A stretch of 64,000 nt of DNA from an uncultured delta proteobacterium (GCA_963699755.1 CAVOVB010000001.1:1280001-1344000); one strand, 5' to 3'. Positions 9,268 to 18,622 are shown, counted from the first letter of the stretch. A program made the numbers and translations. Notes: generated from the sequence alone by a model not told the origin.

Positions 9268-11180
9268 CCCTTCTTCAACAGCGCCTCGACCACGCTTGGG
9301 TCGGCTAGGGTCGAAAGATCTCCGAGTTGGTCTCCTTCACCGGCAGCGATCTTGCGGAGGATGCGCCGCATGATCTTTCCGGAGCGGGTCTTCGGAAGGC
9401 CGGGCACGACCCGGATTTCATCCGGCGTGGCGATCGGACCGATCGCCTGGCGCACCTGCTCTTTGAGTGCGCCTTGAAGCTCGTGTGGCTCCCAGTCTCC
9501 GCCCGCGATCGGGACGACGAAGGCAAAGATGCCCTGACCTTTGATCTCGTGCGGGCAGGGAACCACCGCTGCCTCCGCGACTGCCTGGTGCGCCACGAGC
9601 GCACTTTCCACCTCGGCAGTGCCCAGACGATGGCCGGAGACATTGATCACGTCGTCAACGCGCCCCGTAATCCAGTAGTACCCATCCTCGTCGCGTCGGC
9701 AGCCGTCGCCGGTGAAGTAGTACGGTGGATACTGAGAGAAGTACGTCTCGATGAAGCGCTTGTGGTTGCCATGAATCGTACGCGCCTGGCCCGGCCATGG
9801 GTGCTTGATGCAGAGCAAACCACTGACGTCGTTCCCCTCGAGCACCTTGCCTTCTGGGTCTACGATGACCGGCTCGATGCCGAATAGCGGGAGGGTCGCC
9901 GAGCCTGGTTTGGTAGGAGTTGCGTTCGGAAGCGGGCTGATCAGGATCCCGCCGGTTTCGGTCTGCCACCAGGTGTCAACGATGGGCACTTTACCGTTGC
10001 CCACGACCTCGCTGTACCAGCGCCATACCTCGGGGTTGATTGGCTCACCAACGGTGCCCAAGACCCGCAGGGACTTGCGGCTCGAGCCCTTGACCGGCTC
10101 CGAGCCCTCGCGCATGAGGGCTCGGAGCGCGGTGGGCGAGGTGTAGAGCGTCGTCGCGCCGATGTCATCGATGACGTTCCAGTACCTACTCGCGTTGGGA
10201 TATGTGGGAACCGATTCGAACATCACCGTGGTTATGCCGTTCGCGAGCGGACCATAAATGATATAGCTGTGGCCCGTGATCCAACCGATGTCCGCTGCGC
10301 AGAAATGAATGTCATCGGGCCGAATGTCGAAGACGTACTTGAACGTCGACGCCGCGTACGTGAGGTATCCCGCGGTGGTGTGAACCAAACCCTTCGGCTT
10401 TCCAGTCGAGCCGGAGGTATAGAGAATGAAAAGCGGGTCTTCCGAAGCCATCCATTCGCTCGGGCAGGTGATGCGCTGCTCGGCCATTGCCTCGTGCATC
10501 CAGATGTCCCGGCCTTGCTCCATGGGCACTTCGGTGTCGGTGCGCTTCACGACCAAAACACTCTCGACGATGGCAAGGCCCTCGACCGCATCGTCGGTGA
10601 TCTTCTTCAGAGGGATGCGTTTCCCGCCACGCAGGCCCTCGTTTGACGTGACCACCACCTTTGCCTCCGCATCGATGATCCGGTCACGGAGCGCGTCGGC
10701 GCTGAAACCCCCGAACACAATCGAGTGAACCGCCCCGATACGGGCGCATGCAAGCATTGTGTAGGCCAGCTCGGGAATCATCGGAAGATAGATACAAACC
10801 CTGTCGCCCTTCCGGACACCCAATGATTTCAGCGCGTTGGCTACTCGACCGACGTAGGTCTTCAGGTCGCCGAAGGAGATGTGCTCGTATTCGCCGGGCT
10901 CGTCCGCGACGAAGATGATCGCGGTCTTGTTGGGGTCCTTGGCCACGTGCCGATCGATGCAGTTGACCGCCGCATTGAGTCGACCGCCTCCAAACCAGAC
11001 GAACTCCCCCGGCCCATGTTCCTCGAACACACTGTAGGACGGGTAGAACCAGTGCAGTTCCTCGCCCTGACGTTTCCAATACTCCTGGGGGTCGGTGACG
11101 CTGTCTTCGTAGAGGCTCTGGTACTCCTCCAGATCGGTGATGCGTCTTCTGTATTTGAGCGGGGGTTGTGAGAGTGTCAT
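9264..11180 (-). CDS. acs: Acetate--CoA ligase (AMP-forming)
   Basis: YTSGSTGKPKG, DTWWQTETGG, GRVDDVINVSGHRLGT, PKTRSGKIMRR; ATG at 11180 with AAGGT RBS (TTG 11186 alternative). Confidence 0.95.
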   Translation of the reverse strand: MTLSQPPLKYRRRITDLEEYQSLYEDSVTDPQEYWKRQGEELHWFYPSYSVFEEHGPGEFVWFGGGRLNAAVNCIDRHVAKDPNKTAIIFVADEPGEYEHISFGDLKTYVGRVANALKSLGVRKGDRVCIYLPMIPELAYTMLACARIGAVHSIVFGGFSADALRDRIIDAEAKVVVTSNEGLRGGKRIPLKKITDDAVEGLAIVESVLVVKRTDTEVPMEQGRDIWMHEAMAEQRITCPSEWMASEDPLFILYTSGSTGKPKGLVHTTAGYLTYAASTFKYVFDIRPDDIHFCAADIGWITGHSYIIYGPLANGITTVMFESVPTYPNASRYWNVIDDIGATTLYTSPTALRALMREGSEPVKGSSRKSLRVLGTVGEPINPEVWRWYSEVVGNGKVPIVDTWWQTETGGILISPLPNATPTKPGSATLPLFGIEPVIVDPEGKVLEGNDVSGLLCIKHPWPGQARTIHGNHKRFIETYFSQYPPYYFTGDGCRRDEDGYYWITGRVDDVINVSGHRLGTAEVESALVAHQAVAEAAVVPCPHEIKGQGIFAFVVPIAGGDWEPHELQGALKEQVRQAIGPIATPDEIRVVPGLPKTRSGKIMRRILRKIAAGEGDQLGDLSTLADPSVVEALLKKG

Positions 11181-11215
11181 CGGCAAACCTTACATTTAGG
11201 CGCACCGATTTCCAC

Positions 11216-11230
11216 GCAATACTCGTACCA
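11216..11230 (-). promoter_or_regulatory. Sigma-54 (-24/-12) promoter for the acs operon
   Basis: Minus strand TGGTACGAGTATTGC = GG-N10-GC, one mismatch to TGGCACG-N4-TTGC, 36 bp upstream of acs and next to a GAFTGA activator gene. Confidence 0.8.
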
Positions 11231-11282
11231 ACAAGGCCGATCAAGAAACCACTTTGGATCTTCGTCTAACGCGGCGCGGCAA

Positions 11283-11332
11283 GCGTTACGATTCGTAGCA
11301 GCGCGCTACAGATCGAAACGCTCTGGAAACGC
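11283..11332. promoter_or_regulatory. Putative upstream activator sites for the CbrB-like protein
   Basis: GTTAC-N5-GTAGC (11285-11299) and GCTAC-N5-GAAAC (11305-11319) 20 bp apart, plus GAAACGC repeat (11315, 11326), about -80 to -130 from the predicted start site. Confidence 0.5.
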
Positions 11333-11336
11333 GTAT

Positions 11337-12674
11337 TCACTGTCCAGGTGGGCGGGAATCGCGCCGAGGAATGCCCATGCGTTGTCGGCGTTCCCAGAGA
11401 GTCTTGCGGCTGATGCCAAGACGCTTCGCCAGCTCGGTCTCGCTCAGCTCGTCCTGATGCGAAAGGACGAATCGCTTGAGGTATGCTTCGAGGGACGCGT
11501 CGTCGCCATTGACCTCGCTCGGGATGCTATCGGACGGACGCGACGAAGGCAGTCCAAGCAGCTCCGCAGTGATTGGCCCAGACTCGTGAAGAATCACCGC
11601 GCGTTCGACGGCGTGCTGAAGCTCGCGCACGTTTCCGGGCCATCTGTACCCTCGCATCGCAATCACCGCGCCCCTGTCGAGCTCGAGCGGTTGGCGCCCG
11701 AGCTTCGTCGTGGCGCGTGCGATGAACACTTCGGCGAGCGCGGGGATATCGTCGCCACGTTCGCAAAGCGGTGGGAGCTCGATCTCGACGACCTTGATGC
11801 GGAAATACAGATCGGCCCGGAATTGCCCGTGTTCTACGAGCATTGGAAGGTTCCGATGAGTCGCCGCAACGAGCCGGATGTCGACCGACTCGGCCTTTCG
11901 CGCGCCGACGCGCCGGACCTCGCGCTGTTGAAGGATTCGCAGCAAGCGCGCCTGTGCGGCCTGGGACAACTCGCCGATCTCATCGAGGAAGAGCGTTCCG
12001 CCGTCGGCGGCATGCACCAGACCTTGCTGCCGGCTCGAAGCGCCCGTGAACGCGCCCTTCTCGTGTCCGAACAGCTCGGATTCGAGCAGCGTTTCTGGAA
12101 TCGACGCGCAGTTCACCGGGACGAATGCACCCGTGCGGGCGCTTTGGTTGTGCACCGCGCGCGCGATCAGCTCTTTGCCCGTGCCCGACTCACCGAGGAT
12201 CAACACCGTTGCCTCGGTCGGCGCGACTTTGCGCGCCCAACGCAAGGTTTCCTGCATTGGGCTCGATTGGGTTGCAACGATGTCGTAGGGATCTGCCTTT
12301 GCGCTCACGTCGCCCAATGCGAGCGCGGCACGCTGGCGGAGCACGCGCTCGACGGCGGCGCTCAACTCGTCTGGCTCGAAGGGCTTCGAAAGATAGTCGG
12401 CCGCACCCCGTTTCATCGCGTCCACCGCCGCGCTCACCGAACCATAGGCCGTCATCACGATGACCGGGACCTGACCTACGCGTTCAAGCAAGACGTCACC
12501 CGCCTCACCGGCCAGCCTCACGTCGGTGATCACCAAGTCGAAGCACTCGGGGCGCTCTCTTTCGGCCGCCGCAACACTCGCGACGGCGATGAGCTCGTGC
12601 CCATCCCGTTTGAGGATACGCTCGATCTCCGCGCGGATGACCCGCTCATCCTCCACCAAAAGGATCTTCGCCAC
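11337..12674 (-). CDS. cbrB: Sigma-54-dependent response regulator, CbrB-like (REC-AAA-HTH)
   Basis: REC (DLVITDVRL), GESGTGKE, GAFTGA, LFLDEIG, WPGNVREL; C-terminus LEAYLKRFVLSHQDELSETELAKRLGISRKTLWERRQRMGIPR resembles the CbrB tail as I recall it. Confidence 0.8.
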   Translation of the reverse strand: MAKILLVEDERVIRAEIERILKRDGHELIAVASVAAAERERPECFDLVITDVRLAGEAGDVLLERVGQVPVIVMTAYGSVSAAVDAMKRGAADYLSKPFEPDELSAAVERVLRQRAALALGDVSAKADPYDIVATQSSPMQETLRWARKVAPTEATVLILGESGTGKELIARAVHNQSARTGAFVPVNCASIPETLLESELFGHEKGAFTGASSRQQGLVHAADGGTLFLDEIGELSQAAQARLLRILQQREVRRVGARKAESVDIRLVAATHRNLPMLVEHGQFRADLYFRIKVVEIELPPLCERGDDIPALAEVFIARATTKLGRQPLELDRGAVIAMRGYRWPGNVRELQHAVERAVILHESGPITAELLGLPSSRPSDSIPSEVNGDDASLEAYLKRFVLSHQDELSETELAKRLGISRKTLWERRQRMGIPRRDSRPPGQ

Positions 12675-12714
12675 CGGTGATTAGTACCAAAGGAGTGCAC
12701 TGTCCTTCAATCCC

Positions 12715-15582
12715 TCAGTTTTCATAGGCTTGGAGGGCGATCGTGAACCGGCTTCCGCCGGCCCGACGTGGCTCGTAACGGAGTGAGCCCCCAAAGCGCT
12801 CCACGATCTGGCGAGACACCGAAAGACCCAGCCCCGTGCCCTGGCCGTCCGGCTTCGTAGTAAAAAAGGGCTCGAAAACGCGGGAAGAAAGCTCTTCGGG
12901 GATGCCCGGGCCCTCGTCGTCCACCTCGATGAGCACCGAACCGTTGTCGACGCGCGTCCGCACGTACACGGTTGCGCCGGACGAGCAGGCCTGGCGCGCG
13001 TTGTTCAACAGGTTTACAAGGACCTGAGTTAACCCATCAGGGCTTGCCATCGCAGGTGCGTCGACGGAGAGATCCAGGTCGATTCGACAGCCCTCGGTCT
13101 CGAGCTTCGCGAGCTCCGCGGCGTTGCGGATCACTCCAGCGACGGGGATAGCCTGTAGCTCGACCGGGGTCTCATCCCGCCGGCTGAAGGTGAGCAGGCT
13201 CTGCACGATCCCGTGAATGCGCTGTGCCTCATCCACGATGATTCCGAGTCGATCGGCGGCGTCGGCCGCGCCCGGGTCCGCTGCGAGGTTCTTGGCAACC
13301 ATCAAGATTCCGGTCAGCGGGTTGCCCACTTCGTGGGCGACGCCCGAGGCCAGGGTGCCAATCGAGGAGAGGCGATCCTTGTGTGCCACGTGCCGTTCGA
13401 GCTGCCGGAGCGCAGTCACGTCTTCGACGACGAACACTCGACCCTCCTCGGACTCGCCGGGGATCGTCGCGGTTTGCGCACGCAGCTCGATCTTTCCGTC
13501 TCCCAGGTCGTACTCACGTTCGACGACCGAGCCCGTTGGCTGACGGGCGAGCTCGTCGAACAGCGGCCACCAAGGGTCTGGGATGTCATGCATCGCGTGA
13601 CCGCAAATGTCGTCTTCATCCAGGCCCGAAATGCGCTCGAGCTGTGCGTTCCAGATGACCACCTCTTCGTGGTCATCGACCGTACAGACGCCCACTGGCA
13701 GCTCCGACATCAGCCGTGAAAGGTAGCGGCGCGCCGCCTGTGCGGGTGAGTTTCGCTGCGACCCTACGGCGTAGCGCGAGTCGAGCTCTCTGAAAGCGCG
13801 CAGCCGTTCCGCGAGCGCATCTGCACGAACCGGTCGGCCACCTTGGACGTAGGTCCGGGCCGCCAGAGGGCCTATGCGCTCGCTGAGGCGTCCTTCGAGC
13901 TCGGTGATCAACCGAAGGAGCTCCGGCCGGTCCCGCGGCGGCCAGAAGACGTCGGCCGCGGCCGCGGCCTGGTAGATCTCCTCGATTGCGGTTCTCTTTC
14001 CGACGTACGAGGTCAAGCGTTCCTGAAGCGCCTCGGCGGAATCGGGGACTTGCAAGAGCCGAGTCACGCGCGGTTCACGACAGGCCTCCGCGGCGTTGCG
14101 CTCCTCAGCAGAGCGTGTGGTGAGCAGGGAGACGCCCATGAAGACGAACGCATGCGCCGTGAAGCTCAGCCAGATCGCCGGTCCTCTGGCGCCCGGGTCG
14201 GTGAAACCAAAGAGCGCGTAAAGGCTCGACGCGTCGAACTCGACGCCGAACAATGGTGATGCGGTCAGCAGCGCCCAAGAGGTCGCGCCCACGAATAACC
14301 CCGCTAGCACTCCGGCCCGTGTCGCGCGCCGCCAAAAGAGCGCGCCGAGCAATCCGGGTAGCAGATGAGTGACCGCGACGAACGAGGCGAGCCCGAGATC
14401 GACGAGCGAGCGCGTCCGCGGAAGGGTGAAATGAATGAGCAAGCCGGCGACGACGACCCCGATGATGGTCGAGCGGCGAAAGACCGCCCAACGCGTCAGC
14501 AGCGACTCAGGACTCGGCCCGAACCGCGGTACGAGATAGTTCGAAACCATGCCACTGAGGGCGATCGAAGACACCAAGATCATCGCACTTGCGGCGGACA
14601 CGGCTCCGAGGAATGCAAGCGTTTGGAGAGCTGGAGAGCTTTGAACCGCGACGAGAACATAGACGTCGGGTCGGACGCCCGGCGCTGCGAGGTCGCGGCC
14701 GGCCCAGTAGAGGATCGGCACCGGTAGGTTGATCGCGAATAGGTAGAGTGGCAGGGCCCATCGGGCGGTTTTGAGGCTTCGCGGGCCGGGTCGCTGAACA
14801 AACGCGACGAAGAACTGACGAGGAAGCAGGAACGCCGCGCAAAACGTGACGAACACAAGTGCGATCCAGGAGTCGCCCATCACCGGGCTGACCATGTTCT
14901 CGACGAGATTAGGCTGCGCTCGCAGATACTCGTTGAGGTCGCGGAACCCGCCAAAGACGGCGAACAAGGCCGCACCGCCGACCACAAGCAAAGCGATGAG
15001 CTTGAACACGCTCTCGAACGCCAGCGTTGCGATGAGCCCGGGCCGATGCGCGCGACCGTCGGCGTAACGCACGCCGAGCGTCACGGCAAATGCGCTCAAC
15101 AAGAGCGCGTAGACGGAGCCGAGCTCTTCGCTTGGTGCCTCGCCGACCAGAATCGCGGCCCCGTCCGCAACCGCACGGAGCTGCAGCGCGATATAGGGCA
15201 GCAGACCTGCGACCATGAAAAGCGAAACCGCAGCGCCCAGGGTGCGGCTTTGGTATCGAAAGGCGAAGACATCAGCGATGCTCCCGAGCCGATAACGGTC
15301 GACGAGCTCCGCCACTGGCGCCCAGAGAAAGGGGATCGCGATGCAGGACAGGGTGACGCCGAAGTAGATCGCCAAGAAGTCGTAGCCTTCGGTCGCAGCG
15401 AACCCGACGCTTCCGAACAAGGTCCAGGTCGTGGCGTAGACGCCGAGAGCGAGCGCGTAGCTGAAACGGTTGCGCCCCAGGCGGCCCCAGCGTGGCGAGC
15501 GTTCGACGACCTCTGAGCCGAGGATGTAGAGGCCGAGCAGTGCGACCGCGAGGAAGAAGAGGATGAAGTGATTAAGCTGCAT
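12715..15582 (-). CDS. cbrA: SLC5 transporter-STAC-PAS-histidine kinase fusion, CbrA-like
   Basis: N-terminal multi-TM SLC5 region (YALALGVYATTWTLFGSVG, LPYIALQLRAV, LLPRQF), STAC-like helical linker, PAS (LPVGVCTVD..VVIWN), H-box GVAHEVGNPL, N/G boxes; no C-terminal receiver. Confidence 0.8.
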   Translation of the reverse strand: MQLNHFILFFLAVALLGLYILGSEVVERSPRWGRLGRNRFSYALALGVYATTWTLFGSVGFAATEGYDFLAIYFGVTLSCIAIPFLWAPVAELVDRYRLGSIADVFAFRYQSRTLGAAVSLFMVAGLLPYIALQLRAVADGAAILVGEAPSEELGSVYALLLSAFAVTLGVRYADGRAHRPGLIATLAFESVFKLIALLVVGGAALFAVFGGFRDLNEYLRAQPNLVENMVSPVMGDSWIALVFVTFCAAFLLPRQFFVAFVQRPGPRSLKTARWALPLYLFAINLPVPILYWAGRDLAAPGVRPDVYVLVAVQSSPALQTLAFLGAVSAASAMILVSSIALSGMVSNYLVPRFGPSPESLLTRWAVFRRSTIIGVVVAGLLIHFTLPRTRSLVDLGLASFVAVTHLLPGLLGALFWRRATRAGVLAGLFVGATSWALLTASPLFGVEFDASSLYALFGFTDPGARGPAIWLSFTAHAFVFMGVSLLTTRSAEERNAAEACREPRVTRLLQVPDSAEALQERLTSYVGKRTAIEEIYQAAAAADVFWPPRDRPELLRLITELEGRLSERIGPLAARTYVQGGRPVRADALAERLRAFRELDSRYAVGSQRNSPAQAARRYLSRLMSELPVGVCTVDDHEEVVIWNAQLERISGLDEDDICGHAMHDIPDPWWPLFDELARQPTGSVVEREYDLGDGKIELRAQTATIPGESEEGRVFVVEDVTALRQLERHVAHKDRLSSIGTLASGVAHEVGNPLTGILMVAKNLAADPGAADAADRLGIIVDEAQRIHGIVQSLLTFSRRDETPVELQAIPVAGVIRNAAELAKLETEGCRIDLDLSVDAPAMASPDGLTQVLVNLLNNARQACSSGATVYVRTRVDNGSVLIEVDDEGPGIPEELSSRVFEPFFTTKPDGQGTGLGLSVSRQIVERFGGSLRYEPRRAGGSRFTIALQAYEN

Positions 15583-15739
15583 GGTCGGTGCGATGAATCA
15601 GCGCCACGACCGCGATCATCCCCAGCCAGAATGCAAAGGGAGACCACCAGGTCTGAAGCCAGACAGCCCGAACCGGGGTCGCGATGAGCACGATCGCAAC
15701 CGCGAACAGAAGCAGCGCACGCTCTTGCTCCCTGTTCAT
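15572..15739 (-). CDS. cbrX: 55-aa two-TM small protein, CbrX-like
   Basis: MNREQERALLLFAVAIVLIATPVRAVWLQTWWSPFAFWLGMIAVVALIHRTDHAA; ATG abuts the prpE stop, stop overlaps the cbrA start by 11 nt; absent from ORF track. Confidence 0.75.
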   Translation of the reverse strand: MNREQERALLLFAVAIVLIATPVRAVWLQTWWSPFAFWLGMIAVVALIHRTDHAA

Positions 15740-17626
15740 TTATGCGTAGCCGATGGCCTGCAGGCGTTCGGCGATTTCGTCGAGGATGACCGGGTCGTCG
15801 ATCGTTGCCGGCATCTTCCATTGCGCCCCGTCCGCGATCTTCTTCATCGTGCCGCGCAGAATCTTGCCTGAACGAGTCTTGGGTAGGCGCTGCACGACGA
15901 TCGCGGTCTTAAAAGCCGCAACCGGGCCAATCTCGTCGCGGACCATCTGGATGACCTCGGACACGATCTCGTGCTCGGGGCGATCGACGCCCGCATTGAG
16001 TACCAAGAGGCCAAGTGGGATCTCGCCCTTGAGCTGATCGGCGACGCCCATGACCGCGCATTCGGCCACGTCTGCGTGCGCCGAAATGACTTCTTCCATG
16101 CCGCCGGTCGATAGGCGATGTCCGGCAACGTTGATGATGTCGTCGGTCCGGGACATCACGTAGACGTAGCCATCGTCATCGATGAAGCCCGCGTCCGCGG
16201 TCTTGTAGTAGCCGGGAAACTCGGTCATGTACGAGCTCACGAAGCGGTCGTCGTCGTTCCAAAGCGTCGGCAGCGATCCTGGAGGAAGCGGAAGCTTGAC
16301 CACCAACGCCCCTGTCTTCCCGCGCGGAAGCTCGTGACAACCCTCGTCGACGACGCGAACGTCCCAGCCGGGCACGGCAATCGTCGGCGACCCGTGCTTG
16401 ATCGGAAGCTGCTCGATTCCTAGGCAATTCGCACAGATTGCCCAGCCGGTTTCGGTTTGCCACCAATGATCGATGACCGGTACGCCAAGCTTTGCTTCCG
16501 CCCATTGCAAGGTATCGGGGTCAGACCGCTCGCCGGCTAAGAACAAGGCGCGCAGCGTGCTCGTGTCGTAGTCGCCGAGCAGCTCTCCGTTGGGGTCTTC
16601 CTTCTTGATCGCACGAAACGCGGTCGGAGCGGTGAAGAGGCAGTTGACCCCATGGTCCTCGATGACTCGCCAGAATGCACCGGCATCCGGCGTCCCCACC
16701 GGCTTCCCCTCGTAGAGGATCGTCGTGGTTCCGTTCAGAAGCGGCCCGTAAACGATGTAGGAATGGCCGACGACCCAGCCCACGTCTGAGGCAGCCCAGT
16801 ACACTTCACCAGGCTGAACACCATAGACATTGCGCATCGACCACCGAAGCGCGACCGCATGACCTCCGTTGTCACGAACCACGCCTTTGGGGATGCCAGT
16901 GGTTCCGGAGGTGTACAGGATATACAGGGGATCGGTGGCGGCAACGGGCACGCAATCGTGTGGCTTGGCTGCTGCCACCGCGTCTTGCCAGGATGTGTCA
17001 CGGCCCTCGGTCAACTCACACTCGCAGCTTTCGCGCTGCCGGATGATGCATCTCTCGGGCTTGTGCTTCGATAGCTCGATCGCCTGATCGAGCAAGGGCT
17101 TGTATTCGATGACGCGCATGCCTTCGATGCCGCAAGACGCGGAAACGATGATCTTTGGCTCGGCATCGTCGATGCGGGTTGCCAGCTCCTGCGGGGCGAA
17201 TCCACCGAACACCACCGAGTGCACTGCACCTAGCCGCGCGCAGGCTAGCATCGCGATGACCGCCTCGGGGATCATCGGCATGTAGAGCAGGATCCGGTCG
17301 CCCTTGACGACGCCTTGCGATGCCAGAGCGCCTGCGAAGATGGCGACCTCCTTTCGGAGCTGACGATAGGTGTAGGTTCTTCGCTGGCGTGTGACCGCGC
17401 TGTCGTAGATGAGGGCCGCTTGATTCCCGCGCTTCTCGACGTGCCGGTCCAGGGCGTTGTAACAGGTGTTGAGTTGCGCTCCGGTGAACCAACGATAGAA
17501 CGGAGGGTTCGAGCTATCGAGGACCTTGTCCCAGCGCTTGATCCAGTCAATTCCCTCTGCCTGCTCTGCCCAAAAACCTTCTGGGTCTTCGAGCGAACGA
17601 CGACGCATTTCCAAAGTTGCCGACAT
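15740..17626 (-). CDS. prpE: Propionyl-CoA synthetase (acyl-CoA synthetase short-chain family)
   Basis: YTSGTTGIPKGVVRDNGGH, DHWWQTETGW, SRTDDIINVAGHRLSTG, PKTRSGKILRG, MPATIDDP. Confidence 0.88.
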   Translation of the reverse strand: MSATLEMRRRSLEDPEGFWAEQAEGIDWIKRWDKVLDSSNPPFYRWFTGAQLNTCYNALDRHVEKRGNQAALIYDSAVTRQRRTYTYRQLRKEVAIFAGALASQGVVKGDRILLYMPMIPEAVIAMLACARLGAVHSVVFGGFAPQELATRIDDAEPKIIVSASCGIEGMRVIEYKPLLDQAIELSKHKPERCIIRQRESCECELTEGRDTSWQDAVAAAKPHDCVPVAATDPLYILYTSGTTGIPKGVVRDNGGHAVALRWSMRNVYGVQPGEVYWAASDVGWVVGHSYIVYGPLLNGTTTILYEGKPVGTPDAGAFWRVIEDHGVNCLFTAPTAFRAIKKEDPNGELLGDYDTSTLRALFLAGERSDPDTLQWAEAKLGVPVIDHWWQTETGWAICANCLGIEQLPIKHGSPTIAVPGWDVRVVDEGCHELPRGKTGALVVKLPLPPGSLPTLWNDDDRFVSSYMTEFPGYYKTADAGFIDDDGYVYVMSRTDDIINVAGHRLSTGGMEEVISAHADVAECAVMGVADQLKGEIPLGLLVLNAGVDRPEHEIVSEVIQMVRDEIGPVAAFKTAIVVQRLPKTRSGKILRGTMKKIADGAQWKMPATIDDPVILDEIAERLQAIGYA

Positions 17627-17754
17627 GATGAAGCTCTCCGGCGCGTTACAATACTGCGGCGCTCCGTCGAAAGCGAGCGTCTTCGAACGAAGAGAGCGCC
17701 CCTGGGGTTGACTTCGCGCGTCAGCTAGTCAGTGTTTCCGGAGGAGACTCGTGA

Positions 17755-18609
17755 ATGAAGTCTGGAATTTCTTGCTGCTCCCGCATGTTCGCATTCGCTT
17801 TCGTGTTCGGTCTTGGATTCTCGCTCGTTTCCTGCAAGGCGGATCAGCTCAGCGGCCTCGGCGCCGAGATTGTTCTGCTCTACGACGAGCCCCTAGGTTG
17901 CGAGAACCTCGGCGAGGTCATCGGGCGAGGCGGCGGCCTGACGGGAGCCTACTCCAAGCCATCCATCAATGAGGAGTCCGCGGAGAACAACGCCCGGAAT
18001 CAGGCCGCCGAAAGAGGCGCAACCCATCTCTTGTTGCGTGCGGAGGAAGTCGCTCAGGGCGATGGCCATCAGCCGGACGAGAAAGACACGGAGCCTGAAT
18101 TGGCCCATGGGTACGGCACGGGCTCCAACGTCACGGTCTCGGGAACGGCGTTCAAGTGCCCTCCAGGGGCGGCTCCAAAGACGAGCGCGATGCAGATCGA
18201 GCGGGGGACCGCCCTCGTCGAAATTCCTGCGCCGACGTCGATCTCGGTGGCTCCCCTCGGACCGCTCAAGAGGGTGATCGTCTTCCATCGATCTCCGCTT
18301 CCATCGGGGGGCGGGATGGGTGAAACCGAACAACTCAAGGTCGAGGACCCAGCGGAGATCCAGCAGGTTGTCGATTCGTTGCAAGAGCTGGCTTTGGATC
18401 CGATGAAGTTCATTCCTACACATCGCGTGGAGCTCGTGGGTGAGCTGGGTGTTCAATCGCTGCTCTATGGATTTGGGTATCTGCAGTACGCGGGCGCAGT
18501 CTACCGACTCACGACCGCTGACTTCGAGCTCGTCTTGCAGCTGAGGGAAGCGCCGCCGCCGGAGCTCGAGCCGCGGCCACCCATGGTGGAAGACTCGGCG
18601 GGGCCGTAG
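17755..18609 (+). CDS. DUF4156-like lipoprotein with extra C-terminal domain
   Basis: GGAGGAG RBS, lipobox LVSC, CENLGEV...NNARNQAAERGATH...GTAFKC. Confidence 0.6.
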   Translation: MKSGISCCSRMFAFAFVFGLGFSLVSCKADQLSGLGAEIVLLYDEPLGCENLGEVIGRGGGLTGAYSKPSINEESAENNARNQAAERGATHLLLRAEEVAQGDGHQPDEKDTEPELAHGYGTGSNVTVSGTAFKCPPGAAPKTSAMQIERGTALVEIPAPTSISVAPLGPLKRVIVFHRSPLPSGGGMGETEQLKVEDPAEIQQVVDSLQELALDPMKFIPTHRVELVGELGVQSLLYGFGYLQYAGAVYRLTTADFELVLQLREAPPPELEPRPPMVEDSAGP

Positions 18610-18622
18610 TCCTTCGAGCCGC

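Noticed and set aside
11187..11336. crcZ-like sRNA downstream of cbrB
   Set aside because: Gap is only 150 bp, lacks A-rich repeats and a terminator, and the promoter sits directly before acs
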